Positions 25,629-35,221 of a stretch of DNA of 43,271 nt are shown in pieces. The notes under the pieces were generated by a model that was not told the origin of the DNA, ran no database searches, and saw nothing but the letters and a program-made list of their open reading frames with translations. The first letter of the stretch is position 1, and each line of letters starts with the position of its first letter. A program made the position numbers and the translations under genes. This DNA is from a virus (taxonomy: Duplodnaviria; Caudoviricetes): positions 1-43,271 of IMG/VR virus record IMGVR_UViG_3300030433_001432. The stretch is one strand, 5' to 3'.

Positions 25629-25758
25629 TTCTTAGATTGCTGTAATTGAAGCATACATTACTGTTATTGTTATCCAGAATAGGATACAGAGGACACAGAA
25701 ATCCTCGCCATTGCCATTTCTCACTAGCTTTTTTTACCTCCGTAAGCATTGGTTAAAA

Positions 25759-26121
25759 TTATTTTGAATCTGTTTTCTTTAGTTTATCGTAACTTCTCAT
25801 TCCTGCAATTCCTAACATACCTGTTAGAAGTGGCATCATTACACCGGCATCAGCTTGTGGTATGTCAATACCAAAACCTTTTGCTACTGGTGAGATTAAA
25901 AAGTTAATAGCTAATCCGGCAACACAAACATAACCCGTTAGTGGTCGCCATGAAGATTGAAACCAGTTACCTTTAGCTTCTAGTTTATTTATTTCTACTT
26001 GTGCTAGATTAGCTTGATGGAATAATGTTTTTAGTTCGTGGTCTAGTTGTGCCTGTAAGTCTTTGTCCTTTACAAACTTACCAACTATATCACTTACTGG
26101 CTTAATTAATTTATCAAACAT
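25759..26121 (-). CDS. Holin, 3-TM GTA-release family
   Basis: FQSSWRPLTGYVCV and GMLGIAGMRSYDK motifs; near the endolysin. Confidence 0.85.
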   Translation of the reverse strand: MFDKLIKPVSDIVGKFVKDKDLQAQLDHELKTLFHQANLAQVEINKLEAKGNWFQSSWRPLTGYVCVAGLAINFLISPVAKGFGIDIPQADAGVMMPLLTGMLGIAGMRSYDKLKKTDSK

Positions 26122-26473
26122 CTTTTGCCTCCAATATTTTTCTAAGTTTTTCTGCCTTCTCTATAGCTGAGTCAGCATGTAAATCTTGGTCTACAACTTT
26201 TTCAAGTTTTATAGAATCTATCTTTTGATTGGGAATATACCTCCATGTATATCCATCATCTGAGTATACCCCGAATACAGTTTGGGTAAACCCTATTTTA
26301 ATTATCATTGCTACTTGTCCATCGAGAATAACTTTGTCCCCTTCTTTGAACGAGTTACTAAATCTAAACGTTGCACCTTTTATAAAAGACATACACCAAT
26401 CTTTCAAAGCTAGACCAGTTAGCAAAGTTATTATAAAGCCGATAGCCTCGGCATAGTATTGTTCTAAGTCCAT
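26114..26473 (-). CDS. Small MscS-like (mechanosensitive channel beta-domain) membrane protein
   Basis: One TM then G..F....FKEGDKVILDGQ..IIKIGFTQT...IPNQKI, the MscS TM3/beta-domain pattern; likely start at ATG 26473. Confidence 0.7.
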   Translation of the reverse strand: MDLEQYYAEAIGFIITLLTGLALKDWCMSFIKGATFRFSNSFKEGDKVILDGQVAMIIKIGFTQTVFGVYSDDGYTWRYIPNQKIDSIKLEKVVDQDLHADSAIEKAEKLRKILEAKDV

Positions 26474-26474
26474 A

Positions 26475-26741
26475 TTATTTTTTGTCAGGTTCAAAGTCTA
26501 TAGTTCTTTCTAGAGCTTTATTGACTTGCTCAATAACATATTCAGCAACGTCTTGTTCTTTTTTCTCTAGTTTTTTTTCTACAGAATTTGTAAAGTATGT
26601 ATCTAGTAAAGCTTCATATATGTTTCTAAAGTCTTCTCGCTTTATCCAAGGCTCGTTACCTCTGGTTCTAGCTCGACAATCTATTCTATATGCTTCGTCT
26701 AAATCACTTTCTCTGTATAATATTAACATTAGTAGCTCCAA
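26475..26741 (-). CDS. Hypothetical protein
   Basis: LYRESDLDEAYRID motif; likely start at ATG 26729. Confidence 0.7.
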   Translation of the reverse strand: MELLMLILYRESDLDEAYRIDCRARTRGNEPWIKREDFRNIYEALLDTYFTNSVEKKLEKKEQDVAEYVIEQVNKALERTIDFEPDKK

Positions 26742-27094
26742 ATACGAGGAGTGGCTCGTGAGTTATCCATGTCGATATGAATAAATCTTGAAGCACGGTC
26801 TCCTTTTTGTGCAACTCCTATCCTATTAATACCCTCTTCCAGAGCTATTTTAACGAGTGTCATGGCTTGTTCTCCGTTGACTAGTATGTCCATAGCCTTA
26901 CCAGAAGAATGAGCTCCGGGAGAGCTCTTTTTAGCTTCTATAGGGTGTTCTGGAGAACGATAAGCACTGCTTACTTTGAAAGGGAAACCACAACGTTCTC
27001 TAATCCTTTCAACTGTCTGCATAAATGCCCAGTCCATATCACATAGACCAGTGTGTTTGCATTTAAGTTCATCTTCTGTAAAGTATTTATACAT
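26729..27094 (-). CDS. Endolysin, peptidase M15A family
   Basis: SSAYRS, GAHSSGKAMD and FIHID motifs (Zn-binding H-x6-D...H). Confidence 0.9.
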   Translation of the reverse strand: MYKYFTEDELKCKHTGLCDMDWAFMQTVERIRERCGFPFKVSSAYRSPEHPIEAKKSSPGAHSSGKAMDILVNGEQAMTLVKIALEEGINRIGVAQKGDRASRFIHIDMDNSRATPRIWSY

Positions 27095-27099
27095 TATTA

Positions 27100-30000
27100 T
27101 TAGTTACCTTTTTTTAATTGTGCTTTTTCTAATTCTTTTAACTGTCTTCTTTTAAGTAGTTTATCAGTTAGACTACCTCTAGCAGCACGTCTTACTGGTA
27201 GCTTATCAAATACTGCAATAACATCATCACTTATATCAATACCATCAAAGCCCTCTCTTCTTAAAACTTTTCTTTGTACAGGTGATACTTTACTTATATA
27301 GCCAGAGCCGTATGGCTTTACTAAGTTTTCTAAATCTATTAATTCTTTTCTAAACTTTCCAAGGTTCTTTCGAGTGTTAGTTCGCTTTGCGAAGTCAATA
27401 AGATTTTTTCTAGTTGTTATCTCTTTGTTAATATTTTTTAGAACATCATCTGATATATTTCTAGGATTGTATAAGTTTTTTACAATCTTATTAAATACTT
27501 TTTCATCTATAATATTTACAAAACCTCCACCTCTTGCATAATAGTTAGCGATGTCTAAACCTCCTTCAGTTGGCTTACCTAAATAACTAGCTGCTTGAAA
27601 CATGTTTTGAAGTTTAGGGTCAACTCTATCTGCCATAGGTGTTATTTCTTTTAATTTTAAAGTACTGCCATGATAATATCTAAGAGGTTTTGGAGCTCTT
27701 TTAGAATTTTTAGATAATTCATCTATTAATTTGTATCCTTGTCTACCAACACCAGCAATTATTCTAGGAACACCGCTTACTAATAATTCAATGACTGGTG
27801 CTCTAGATTGTAGCTCACCACTTCTAACACCTCCTAGTCTACGTATTTCTTCATCTATAATACTTTTCTGTTCATTAGTCAAGCCACCGTCATCCATTGG
27901 CATTCTATTTAATAATGGAAAGTCTTCAACTACTAAACCAGAATAAGGTTCGCCAGTGTAAGGATTTATTCTATCTGCTGGATTTTCTTTAGTAAATGGT
28001 ACATCTTCAGTTCCCTCTACTAAACCTCCTACTACTTTACCTTCACGTTCTTCTTCTTTTGTTTCTATTGGTTTTTCTATAAATCTTTTTTGATAATCTA
28101 ATATTGGTAATTGTGATAAAGCTTGTCTTTTCTTTAACATTTCTTTATATATATCTAAGTAGTCAGAAATATCTATATTTTTATTTTCTCTTAAAGCTTC
28201 TAACAAACCTTCACTTGCTTCAAGAGGCACAAATTCATTAATGCCTGAACCTATAGATAAACTAATTTTTTCATTTAAATTTTCCATTAAACCTAATGGT
28301 TTTAAATCTAATCTTTCTGCAGCTCTTGTGACCTTAAAAAAATCTTTATAATTTTCATAATAATCTCCTTGAACTTTGTCAAAATTATTTATAAATTGTT
28401 CTTTAGAAGATGCATTATAAGCAAAACTAATTAATCTACTTTGATTATTTCTTAATTGCTTATTAAATTCATTTATTTTAAATCCATAAACATTTTGTAA
28501 ATATTCCTTATTTAAAGGAGTTGAACCATAACCAGTTAGTAGTTTTAAAATTTCTTTACCTTTATATATATTTTGGTCAAACTTTGTTTCATCTTGACCA
28601 TATCTATCTATATATCTTATAACTTCACTTGCAGCTCCCGGAGTTAAATCATTTAGTAAATTAGATAAAAGCACTTTAAGATTGTCTGTATCTATTCTCC
28701 CAGCTTCAGTGTTGTAACGTAATCCTGTACCACCAAATAAATTAGGATATGGATTTCTCATTAACTGACCATCACTATTTTTACCTTCACGATAAACGTA
28801 ATCAATTAAAGTTGATGTAACAATAGATTCACCAAAAAAAGGAGACAACATATCTTTGGCATATTCAAAAAATAAATCTTTCATATCTCCATCAGATAAC
28901 ATTCCCTCTTCAATTAAAGCAGGAAACATTTTTATTATTTTTTTTGGATAATCATAAAAATCATATCTACTAATATTATGCATTATTGGAGTGCCATCTT
29001 CAGCAATATTAATTATAACATTATCTAAATTCATATACGATGGAGCACCAACTGTTTTTAAATCTTTTTCAGTTTGTTCATCAACTCCATTAATATATTT
29101 ATTTATACCTTGATAACCTAAGTAAGCTCCTCCTCCGGGTAGAGCATATTTTGTACCTATTTTAAGAAGTTCTCCTCCAGCTCCCATAGTCATAGCTGCA
29201 GCTAATCTTCTATATCCTCTGTTTCTTAAAATTTTTCCAGACTCTTTAACATTTTGATTTATTAATTTTGTTCCTTCGACAATTTCATCTATTGCTTGAA
29301 ATGGAGTTGAAAAACCAATACGAGTTGACTCCGCTAAAAAAGAAAAGAAATTACCAAATATAGGTTGTTTTCTTAATGCTAATAAATTTGGCGGAACAAT
29401 ATCATAATTAGGTAAACCACCAATAACTCTTCTAGCAGCTTCACTTTTTATAGCTTCTTCAGTGTTGAATCTATAAAAACCATTGTAAGTATCAGGTAAA
29501 GCAGCATTAAATTTTTTTAAATATTTTAACTCTTGCTCATACATTAAGATTTTAAAAAAATCATCTTCAGCTATATACAAATCAGTTGCTGTATCTCCAA
29601 TTTTTCTAGCTTTATTATTAATAGAGTTTAAAACTTTATTTTTATATTCTTTTTTTATGATAAAATCAAAAGGACTTTTTATATCTTCAAAATCTTTTAG
29701 CATAGCATTTAGTTCTCTAGCTACTGGTGCTTTATTTAATATATTTAAACCCGCTAACTCTTCCATATATTTTTGCTGTTCTAAATTTGTTTTACCTCTA
29801 AAATCAGCAGATAAATCTTTAACAGCTTTTTGAAAAGTTTCTAATGAAGGAAAAACACCTTGAGCTACTGTACCATGAGCACCTCCATAAATATTTTGAT
29901 AATGTGTGCCTGTGTTCCAAACAGTTTTAAATCTTTGTGATGTTCCTTTTAAAGTAATTAAAGCTTTCCAAAAACCTTGAGCACCTCTTAAAAGAGGATT

Positions 30001-31980
30001 TTCTGATGAAGAATATTTGCCAGTTTTAGTAAACTCAGTAAATAACTTAGCTATATTTGGATGTGTGTATGTTCCAGATAAATCTCCAAAAGCAGGTATA
30101 ACACTTTTAGTATATCCTTTTTCAGTTTTAAAATCTTTACCTGTAGGTATTTTTACATTAAATCCCGGTGCTTCTTTTGAGTTTTTAAAAAAGTATATGT
30201 CTTTACCATCTTTGTATAAAGTATTATAAAAATTTAAATTAGTAACAAGTTTGCTAATTTTGTTCATAGAAATAGCTAATCTTTCTACTGGACTCGTAAT
30301 TTCTCCGTAGTAGTCTCTAATAGCTTTTGGAACTGCTAATCTTTCTTTTAATATATTTTTATTTAATCTACCAAACTGACCTTCTGATTTTATTAATTTA
30401 GCATATTGACCTTCTCCTTTTGCTAAATTATCCATTTCATTATAAAGTCTTATTTCTAAATCAGACTCTTTTATTTTAGGTTTCTTTTTTAATATTTCAG
30501 CTCTAATAAATTCTCTAGCAGTATTTACTACTTCAGCACTAGGAGTATATAAAGGATTTTCAAATTGTTTATAACTTCTTCTGGCATAAATACCTAATTG
30601 GTCTATAATATTTTTTTTATCTTTATCATTAATGTATTTAGAATCTAATAAAAGTTTACTTAAATTATCTTGTAAATCTCTTGCAGCTATAATAGGTGCT
30701 CTCGCATCTTCTGGAAACTCATTTACTTTTTTTAAAAATTCTCCTCGTTGAGTAATAGGAGGCTTTGTACCTTTACTAGTTACTATTCCGGGAACTCTAA
30801 AATCAGAAAATAATATTTCAGATAACTTATCTAATGTTTCTTCTTTAGTATCCCCTGTAGATTTATAGATACTTTCTAAAGCATTATTAAGATTACTTAA
30901 AGTATTTTCTATAGTTTTATCAAACTTAGACTGCATACCTTTAAATTTCATAGTAGTTTCAAACATTTTTTCTGTTTGAGAACCTCTAGAAGTAAAAGTA
31001 TTAGCTAAAAAATTTGCTAATCCTCTAATTGCTGGATTATAGGAAAATTTATTTAAACCTATATTAGTATAAGGAACTAATCTAAATTTTTCAGATAATC
31101 CCTCTATATCTCCCATGTCTCTTGCAGAACCAGATTTAATCATCTTTTGTCTTAGGGCTGTAGACTTTTCTTTTGTAATTTTTAATAAGTCTCTTTTAGG
31201 AGGTGTATTAGAATTAGTTTTTACTTTATTTATAAAATCTTTTGAAGCTTCTGTTCCTTTATTTTTAATTCCTCTTAAAACGTTAATAAAAGATTTTTTT
31301 ATTTGGTCAGCATTATTATATAAATATTTACCAGCAACCATTCCAGAACCTAAAGCTCCAGTAATAACAAGACCTTCAGCTAATAAAGCTAATCTATTTT
31401 CTAATTCTGTTTTATTTTGGCTTGATTTTATAGGGTCTAAAAAATAATCTTCAAAGTCTCCAAGTAGTCCTTGATTAGAATCATCTATCATACTACCTAA
31501 AAAATTTGCTAAATTTTCCTCATAAGGATTTATAGATAGTTGTGCTGCTACTTCGGTTTTACCTAAAAGTCCTGCTGCTTTAGTAATTTTTTGAGCAGTT
31601 TTATTAGAAGTTTGCAAAGCTTTTAAACCTTTTAAAGGTGCAGTTACTTTACCAACTCCTAACATAGAAGCAGTAAAAGAACCTATATCTCTTGCAAATC
31701 TTCCAACAGTAGTTTCTGGTTCAGCTATTACGGTAACTGTTCTATCACCTCTTTGAGCTTTAGCTACATTTTCTTTACCTACTACACCAGAGTATAAGTC
31801 TTCTAAAAATTTTTCTGTGGCTTGTACTTCAGATTCAGTAGGCTTATCTAACATTCTATATAGCTCTAAACCTTCTCTAATTACTTGAGAACTAACTCCT
31901 GCAGTGGTTCTTTTAACTTCTTTTTTTTGTTCTTCAGTTAAAAGATTGTACAGGTCTTTATAGAATAAATTATTTATCAT
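27100..31980 (-). CDS. Large internal virion (ejection) protein with C-terminal ADP-ribosyltransferase-like domain
   Basis: 1626 aa, helical, last gene of the structural block; AEDDFFK and FGNFFSF motifs; C-terminal YHGS..YL..ANYYA..EGFDGI..AVFD. Confidence 0.7.
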   Translation of the reverse strand: MINNLFYKDLYNLLTEEQKKEVKRTTAGVSSQVIREGLELYRMLDKPTESEVQATEKFLEDLYSGVVGKENVAKAQRGDRTVTVIAEPETTVGRFARDIGSFTASMLGVGKVTAPLKGLKALQTSNKTAQKITKAAGLLGKTEVAAQLSINPYEENLANFLGSMIDDSNQGLLGDFEDYFLDPIKSSQNKTELENRLALLAEGLVITGALGSGMVAGKYLYNNADQIKKSFINVLRGIKNKGTEASKDFINKVKTNSNTPPKRDLLKITKEKSTALRQKMIKSGSARDMGDIEGLSEKFRLVPYTNIGLNKFSYNPAIRGLANFLANTFTSRGSQTEKMFETTMKFKGMQSKFDKTIENTLSNLNNALESIYKSTGDTKEETLDKLSEILFSDFRVPGIVTSKGTKPPITQRGEFLKKVNEFPEDARAPIIAARDLQDNLSKLLLDSKYINDKDKKNIIDQLGIYARRSYKQFENPLYTPSAEVVNTAREFIRAEILKKKPKIKESDLEIRLYNEMDNLAKGEGQYAKLIKSEGQFGRLNKNILKERLAVPKAIRDYYGEITSPVERLAISMNKISKLVTNLNFYNTLYKDGKDIYFFKNSKEAPGFNVKIPTGKDFKTEKGYTKSVIPAFGDLSGTYTHPNIAKLFTEFTKTGKYSSSENPLLRGAQGFWKALITLKGTSQRFKTVWNTGTHYQNIYGGAHGTVAQGVFPSLETFQKAVKDLSADFRGKTNLEQQKYMEELAGLNILNKAPVARELNAMLKDFEDIKSPFDFIIKKEYKNKVLNSINNKARKIGDTATDLYIAEDDFFKILMYEQELKYLKKFNAALPDTYNGFYRFNTEEAIKSEAARRVIGGLPNYDIVPPNLLALRKQPIFGNFFSFLAESTRIGFSTPFQAIDEIVEGTKLINQNVKESGKILRNRGYRRLAAAMTMGAGGELLKIGTKYALPGGGAYLGYQGINKYINGVDEQTEKDLKTVGAPSYMNLDNVIINIAEDGTPIMHNISRYDFYDYPKKIIKMFPALIEEGMLSDGDMKDLFFEYAKDMLSPFFGESIVTSTLIDYVYREGKNSDGQLMRNPYPNLFGGTGLRYNTEAGRIDTDNLKVLLSNLLNDLTPGAASEVIRYIDRYGQDETKFDQNIYKGKEILKLLTGYGSTPLNKEYLQNVYGFKINEFNKQLRNNQSRLISFAYNASSKEQFINNFDKVQGDYYENYKDFFKVTRAAERLDLKPLGLMENLNEKISLSIGSGINEFVPLEASEGLLEALRENKNIDISDYLDIYKEMLKKRQALSQLPILDYQKRFIEKPIETKEEEREGKVVGGLVEGTEDVPFTKENPADRINPYTGEPYSGLVVEDFPLLNRMPMDDGGLTNEQKSIIDEEIRRLGGVRSGELQSRAPVIELLVSGVPRIIAGVGRQGYKLIDELSKNSKRAPKPLRYYHGSTLKLKEITPMADRVDPKLQNMFQAASYLGKPTEGGLDIANYYARGGGFVNIIDEKVFNKIVKNLYNPRNISDDVLKNINKEITTRKNLIDFAKRTNTRKNLGKFRKELIDLENLVKPYGSGYISKVSPVQRKVLRREGFDGIDISDDVIAVFDKLPVRRAARGSLTDKLLKRRQLKELEKAQLKKGN

Positions 31981-33362
31981 TCTTGAGGTGTTATATTTGT
32001 TCTTGATAAGTCGCTTAATGTTAAGAAATTAGAAATTAAAAATTCCATGTATTCAGGAATATTTGTATATCTAGGCTCTCTGTTTTCACCAATAGCTAAT
32101 GCTTTTTCAGCTTCAATTATTACTTCTGTTTCTTGTTCTTTTTTTGGAGTACCCATTAAATTTGTAATTAAACTTGCTTGAAAAGCTGCAAGACCATCAT
32201 CTTTACTTATATTTCTCATCATTAATTTTCCTAATTCTTGCATCTTTTTATCATCACTTTGTATTAGTTCCATTATATCATTTACTTTTGAAATTATAGG
32301 ATTTCTATTGAAAACGTTTCTATCAATTGTATTATTTAATCCTGTTAAATAATTTTTATAATTTTCATCTCCCTCTACAGGAACTTGGTCAAGATTATTA
32401 TTTCTCATATAATTAAAATCATATCTTTCCGTTTCATTTAAAATTTCTTTTTTAAATTCAGATAAATTTTCATTGTTTAAAATTTGATTAGATAATGCTA
32501 CAGATATAATATCATTTTTAGTAAAACTTATATCATCTCTTTTACTTTTTATAGATTTACTTAATTGTACTAAATCTCTAGGTGATAAAATATTTTCATA
32601 TTCTTTAGAAATAAATTCTAAAGATTCTTCTTTACTCATTTTAGGAACACTTTCAAGATAATTTGAAATTAACAACTCTGAACTTTCTTCTTTATTTTCT
32701 TGATTTTTTATATTAGCTTTTTGTAAATCTACTTCAGCTTGTAAATCTCCTATAGTGTTATCAAACCAAGAAGGAAAAAATTTATTAGCAGCATTTACGA
32801 TAACACTTTTTTTAGTTGGGTCGTTTTTAATTCTTGCTATTTCAGCTTTATAAGCATCGTAGTAAGCTTGATTATAATTTTGAAAAGTTTCTGAAGTATA
32901 TAAAGGATTGTTTCTATAACTTTCTAATTCTAAACGAGCTGTTTCTTTAGATTTTTCCCATAATTGGTCAGCTAAAACTTTAGCACTTCCCGTTAATTTT
33001 GATTTATCTGACAAAGTAACATTAGCACTTTTTATACCTTCATTGTTATTGTATAATTCAGTAGCTCGGTCAACAACAGCACCATCTGGATTTTTTAAAT
33101 ACTTTTCAAATAAAGCTCTACCTTCATTTGCTTTATTGTACATAGTTTCTCTAGATAATTTATCTCGGTTATAATCACTATTTAAAGTTGTCAAAGCTGT
33201 CTCTGTTCTATTTTTTAATTTTTGTTTTTGTGAATCTAATAAAGTTAAAACAGCAGTTAGAGCTAAAGCTTCGTTACGGTCTCTAGTTTTTATTTTATTT
33301 CTCTTTGATAACAAACTAGCAGCTACTCTACCAAAATCTGAATTATCCAAATAATTTGACAT
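31977..33362 (-). CDS. Putative internal virion protein
   Basis: 461 aa helical protein within the virion operon. Confidence 0.65.
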   Translation of the reverse strand: MSNYLDNSDFGRVAASLLSKRNKIKTRDRNEALALTAVLTLLDSQKQKLKNRTETALTTLNSDYNRDKLSRETMYNKANEGRALFEKYLKNPDGAVVDRATELYNNNEGIKSANVTLSDKSKLTGSAKVLADQLWEKSKETARLELESYRNNPLYTSETFQNYNQAYYDAYKAEIARIKNDPTKKSVIVNAANKFFPSWFDNTIGDLQAEVDLQKANIKNQENKEESSELLISNYLESVPKMSKEESLEFISKEYENILSPRDLVQLSKSIKSKRDDISFTKNDIISVALSNQILNNENLSEFKKEILNETERYDFNYMRNNNLDQVPVEGDENYKNYLTGLNNTIDRNVFNRNPIISKVNDIMELIQSDDKKMQELGKLMMRNISKDDGLAAFQASLITNLMGTPKKEQETEVIIEAEKALAIGENREPRYTNIPEYMEFLISNFLTLSDLSRTNITPQE

Positions 33363-33363
33363 T

Positions 33364-34092
33364 TTATACCTCTTCTTGTTTACTTAACAAACTTTTTACT
33401 TCAGAACCAGTTTCTTTTACTTTTGCTAATAAACTAGCAGGAAGAACATCTTCTCTTAGTTGTAATTTATTATCATTGGTTTCAGTTTGTTTATCTTTAA
33501 CTGTGTTTACAGCATTTTTAAATTGTCTAATACTTTGTTGAACATCTTCTTCATCTTCTTCATTTAAATCGTTTGGCTCAATATTATACTCAACTCCTGC
33601 TTCTGAACCTAGAGACATTACTGTGTATAGTATAGGTTCAATAAGTAATAACATGACATCAGGATTTATTTCACCTGTAAAAAACTTTGCAAATAAAATA
33701 CTTGTAGTAATGTCTGTAGCTGCCATGCCCTCTGATAAACTTTTAACAATGTTATAAGATGCATCTTGGGTTAGTAAATCAGCAGTAATGTTTGTTAGAG
33801 CTTCTCTAGGGTTAGAGTATTTTGCAGGTTTTTCCCAATTATAAGGAGCATTAGGGTCATTTGTTAGGGATTGTCCGGGAATAGCTTTACCTTTATTAAC
33901 TTGCTCAACTAATTCATTTAAAGTATTTTCATCATAAAGAGATTCTGCTTTAATAATATTAGGTTCTTTTTCTACAGCATCAACTAACTCAGATATATCT
34001 ATACCAGATTCAACTACATCATTTACGCTTTTTTCAATAGCTTCTGATAAATTTCTAGTTACAAATTTTTTCATTGGTTTTACTTTTGCCAT
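33364..34092 (-). CDS. Hypothetical virion-associated protein
   Basis: IPGQSLT..P..YNWEKPAKY and INPDVMLLLIEP motifs. Confidence 0.75.
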   Translation of the reverse strand: MAKVKPMKKFVTRNLSEAIEKSVNDVVESGIDISELVDAVEKEPNIIKAESLYDENTLNELVEQVNKGKAIPGQSLTNDPNAPYNWEKPAKYSNPREALTNITADLLTQDASYNIVKSLSEGMAATDITTSILFAKFFTGEINPDVMLLLIEPILYTVMSLGSEAGVEYNIEPNDLNEEDEEDVQQSIRQFKNAVNTVKDKQTETNDNKLQLREDVLPASLLAKVKETGSEVKSLLSKQEEV

Positions 34093-35212
34093 TATACTAT
34101 CCTAATTGTTTCTTGTCTAAATAATTCACTACCTATAGCATTAACATCTCCTGAACCATAAGTCATATTTTGATAAGCATCAGCTATATTAATGTCAGCG
34201 TTACGATAAGCAACTTGAAATTGTTCTAACAAGTTAGGTCCTACTGTTGTTGGTCTTTCACCATAAGCACCTACAGTTTCAGGGTCTCCTTGTAGTCTCT
34301 GAGCTATAGCTTGTTCGGCTGCTCCCATAACTAAATCACCTCCAGCAGATACAAGATTTTCAGGACTAAAAGTATCTTTTATACTATCTTTAAATCTCTC
34401 TCCAAAACTTTGTTGAGGTTTAATATCTTCTAATTTAGGAGCTTTTGGTAATTCTGGTAGTCCTGCAAGTTTTCTAACTGATGGGTCAGTAAAATCAAAA
34501 TCTACATTAGCTTGAGCTACTTGTTCTCCCATACTTGGAACTTGTCCAAACCTAGCTGCCGGAGGTAAACTTAAATCTCTAAGTTCTCCTAAAACAGTTT
34601 GAGCATCTGTTGCTAAATCTTTAGAAATTTCTAGAGGACTTGTAACTAACCATCTGCAGTTGTTAGTGCATCTAAATCAAGTGTTCCAGAACTATCTGTT
34701 GGTAATAAATCAACATCTATAGGCTTACTAGCATCAAAAGCTCCAGTAGCTTCTGCGGGTGTAGTAGCTTGAGCACCTTTTATAGCTTGTCCTATTCTAG
34801 CAAAAGCCGCACCAGTTGCTGCACCTAATGCACCAGTTTTTAATGCATCTTTTAAATCTCCACCAGCTAATAAAGTTGAACCTGCACCAGTTACTGCACC
34901 TGTTATTGCACCTGTGGCAACTGCTGCTGCAGTTGTGCCTAATGCAGATATTGCAGGTAATGCTGCTATAGCTCCGGGTAACATTACTGCTGCAGTTATC
35001 ATTAAACCTAGCCGTACATACTTATTCTTTGCTAATTTTCTAACCCCTCTACCAACTTCTCTAACACCTTTAGCTACTCCTTTAACAGCTTTTTCTGCAA
35101 CATTACCAACAGTTTTAACAGCTTTTTTAACTCCTTTAGCAACTCCACTAACTACTTTACTTACTGTACCTACTGCTTTTTTTGCAGTTCTTTCTATGAA
35201 TTTAAATACCAT
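34092..35212 (-). CDS. Putative internal virion protein with glycine-zipper/TM region, split by an apparent -1 frameshift near 34649
   Basis: ORF 34646..35212 stops at GGT-TAG. The -1 frame is open from before that stop through 34533 and is continuous with ORF 34092..34532. Confidence 0.65.
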
Positions 35213-35221
35213 TATATTCTC

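Noticed and set aside
25632-25724. 30-aa hydrophobic minus-strand peptide after the holin (MRNGNGEDFCVLCILFWITITVMYASITAI)
   Set aside because: GTG start with a distant RBS and a competing frame; too weak to call
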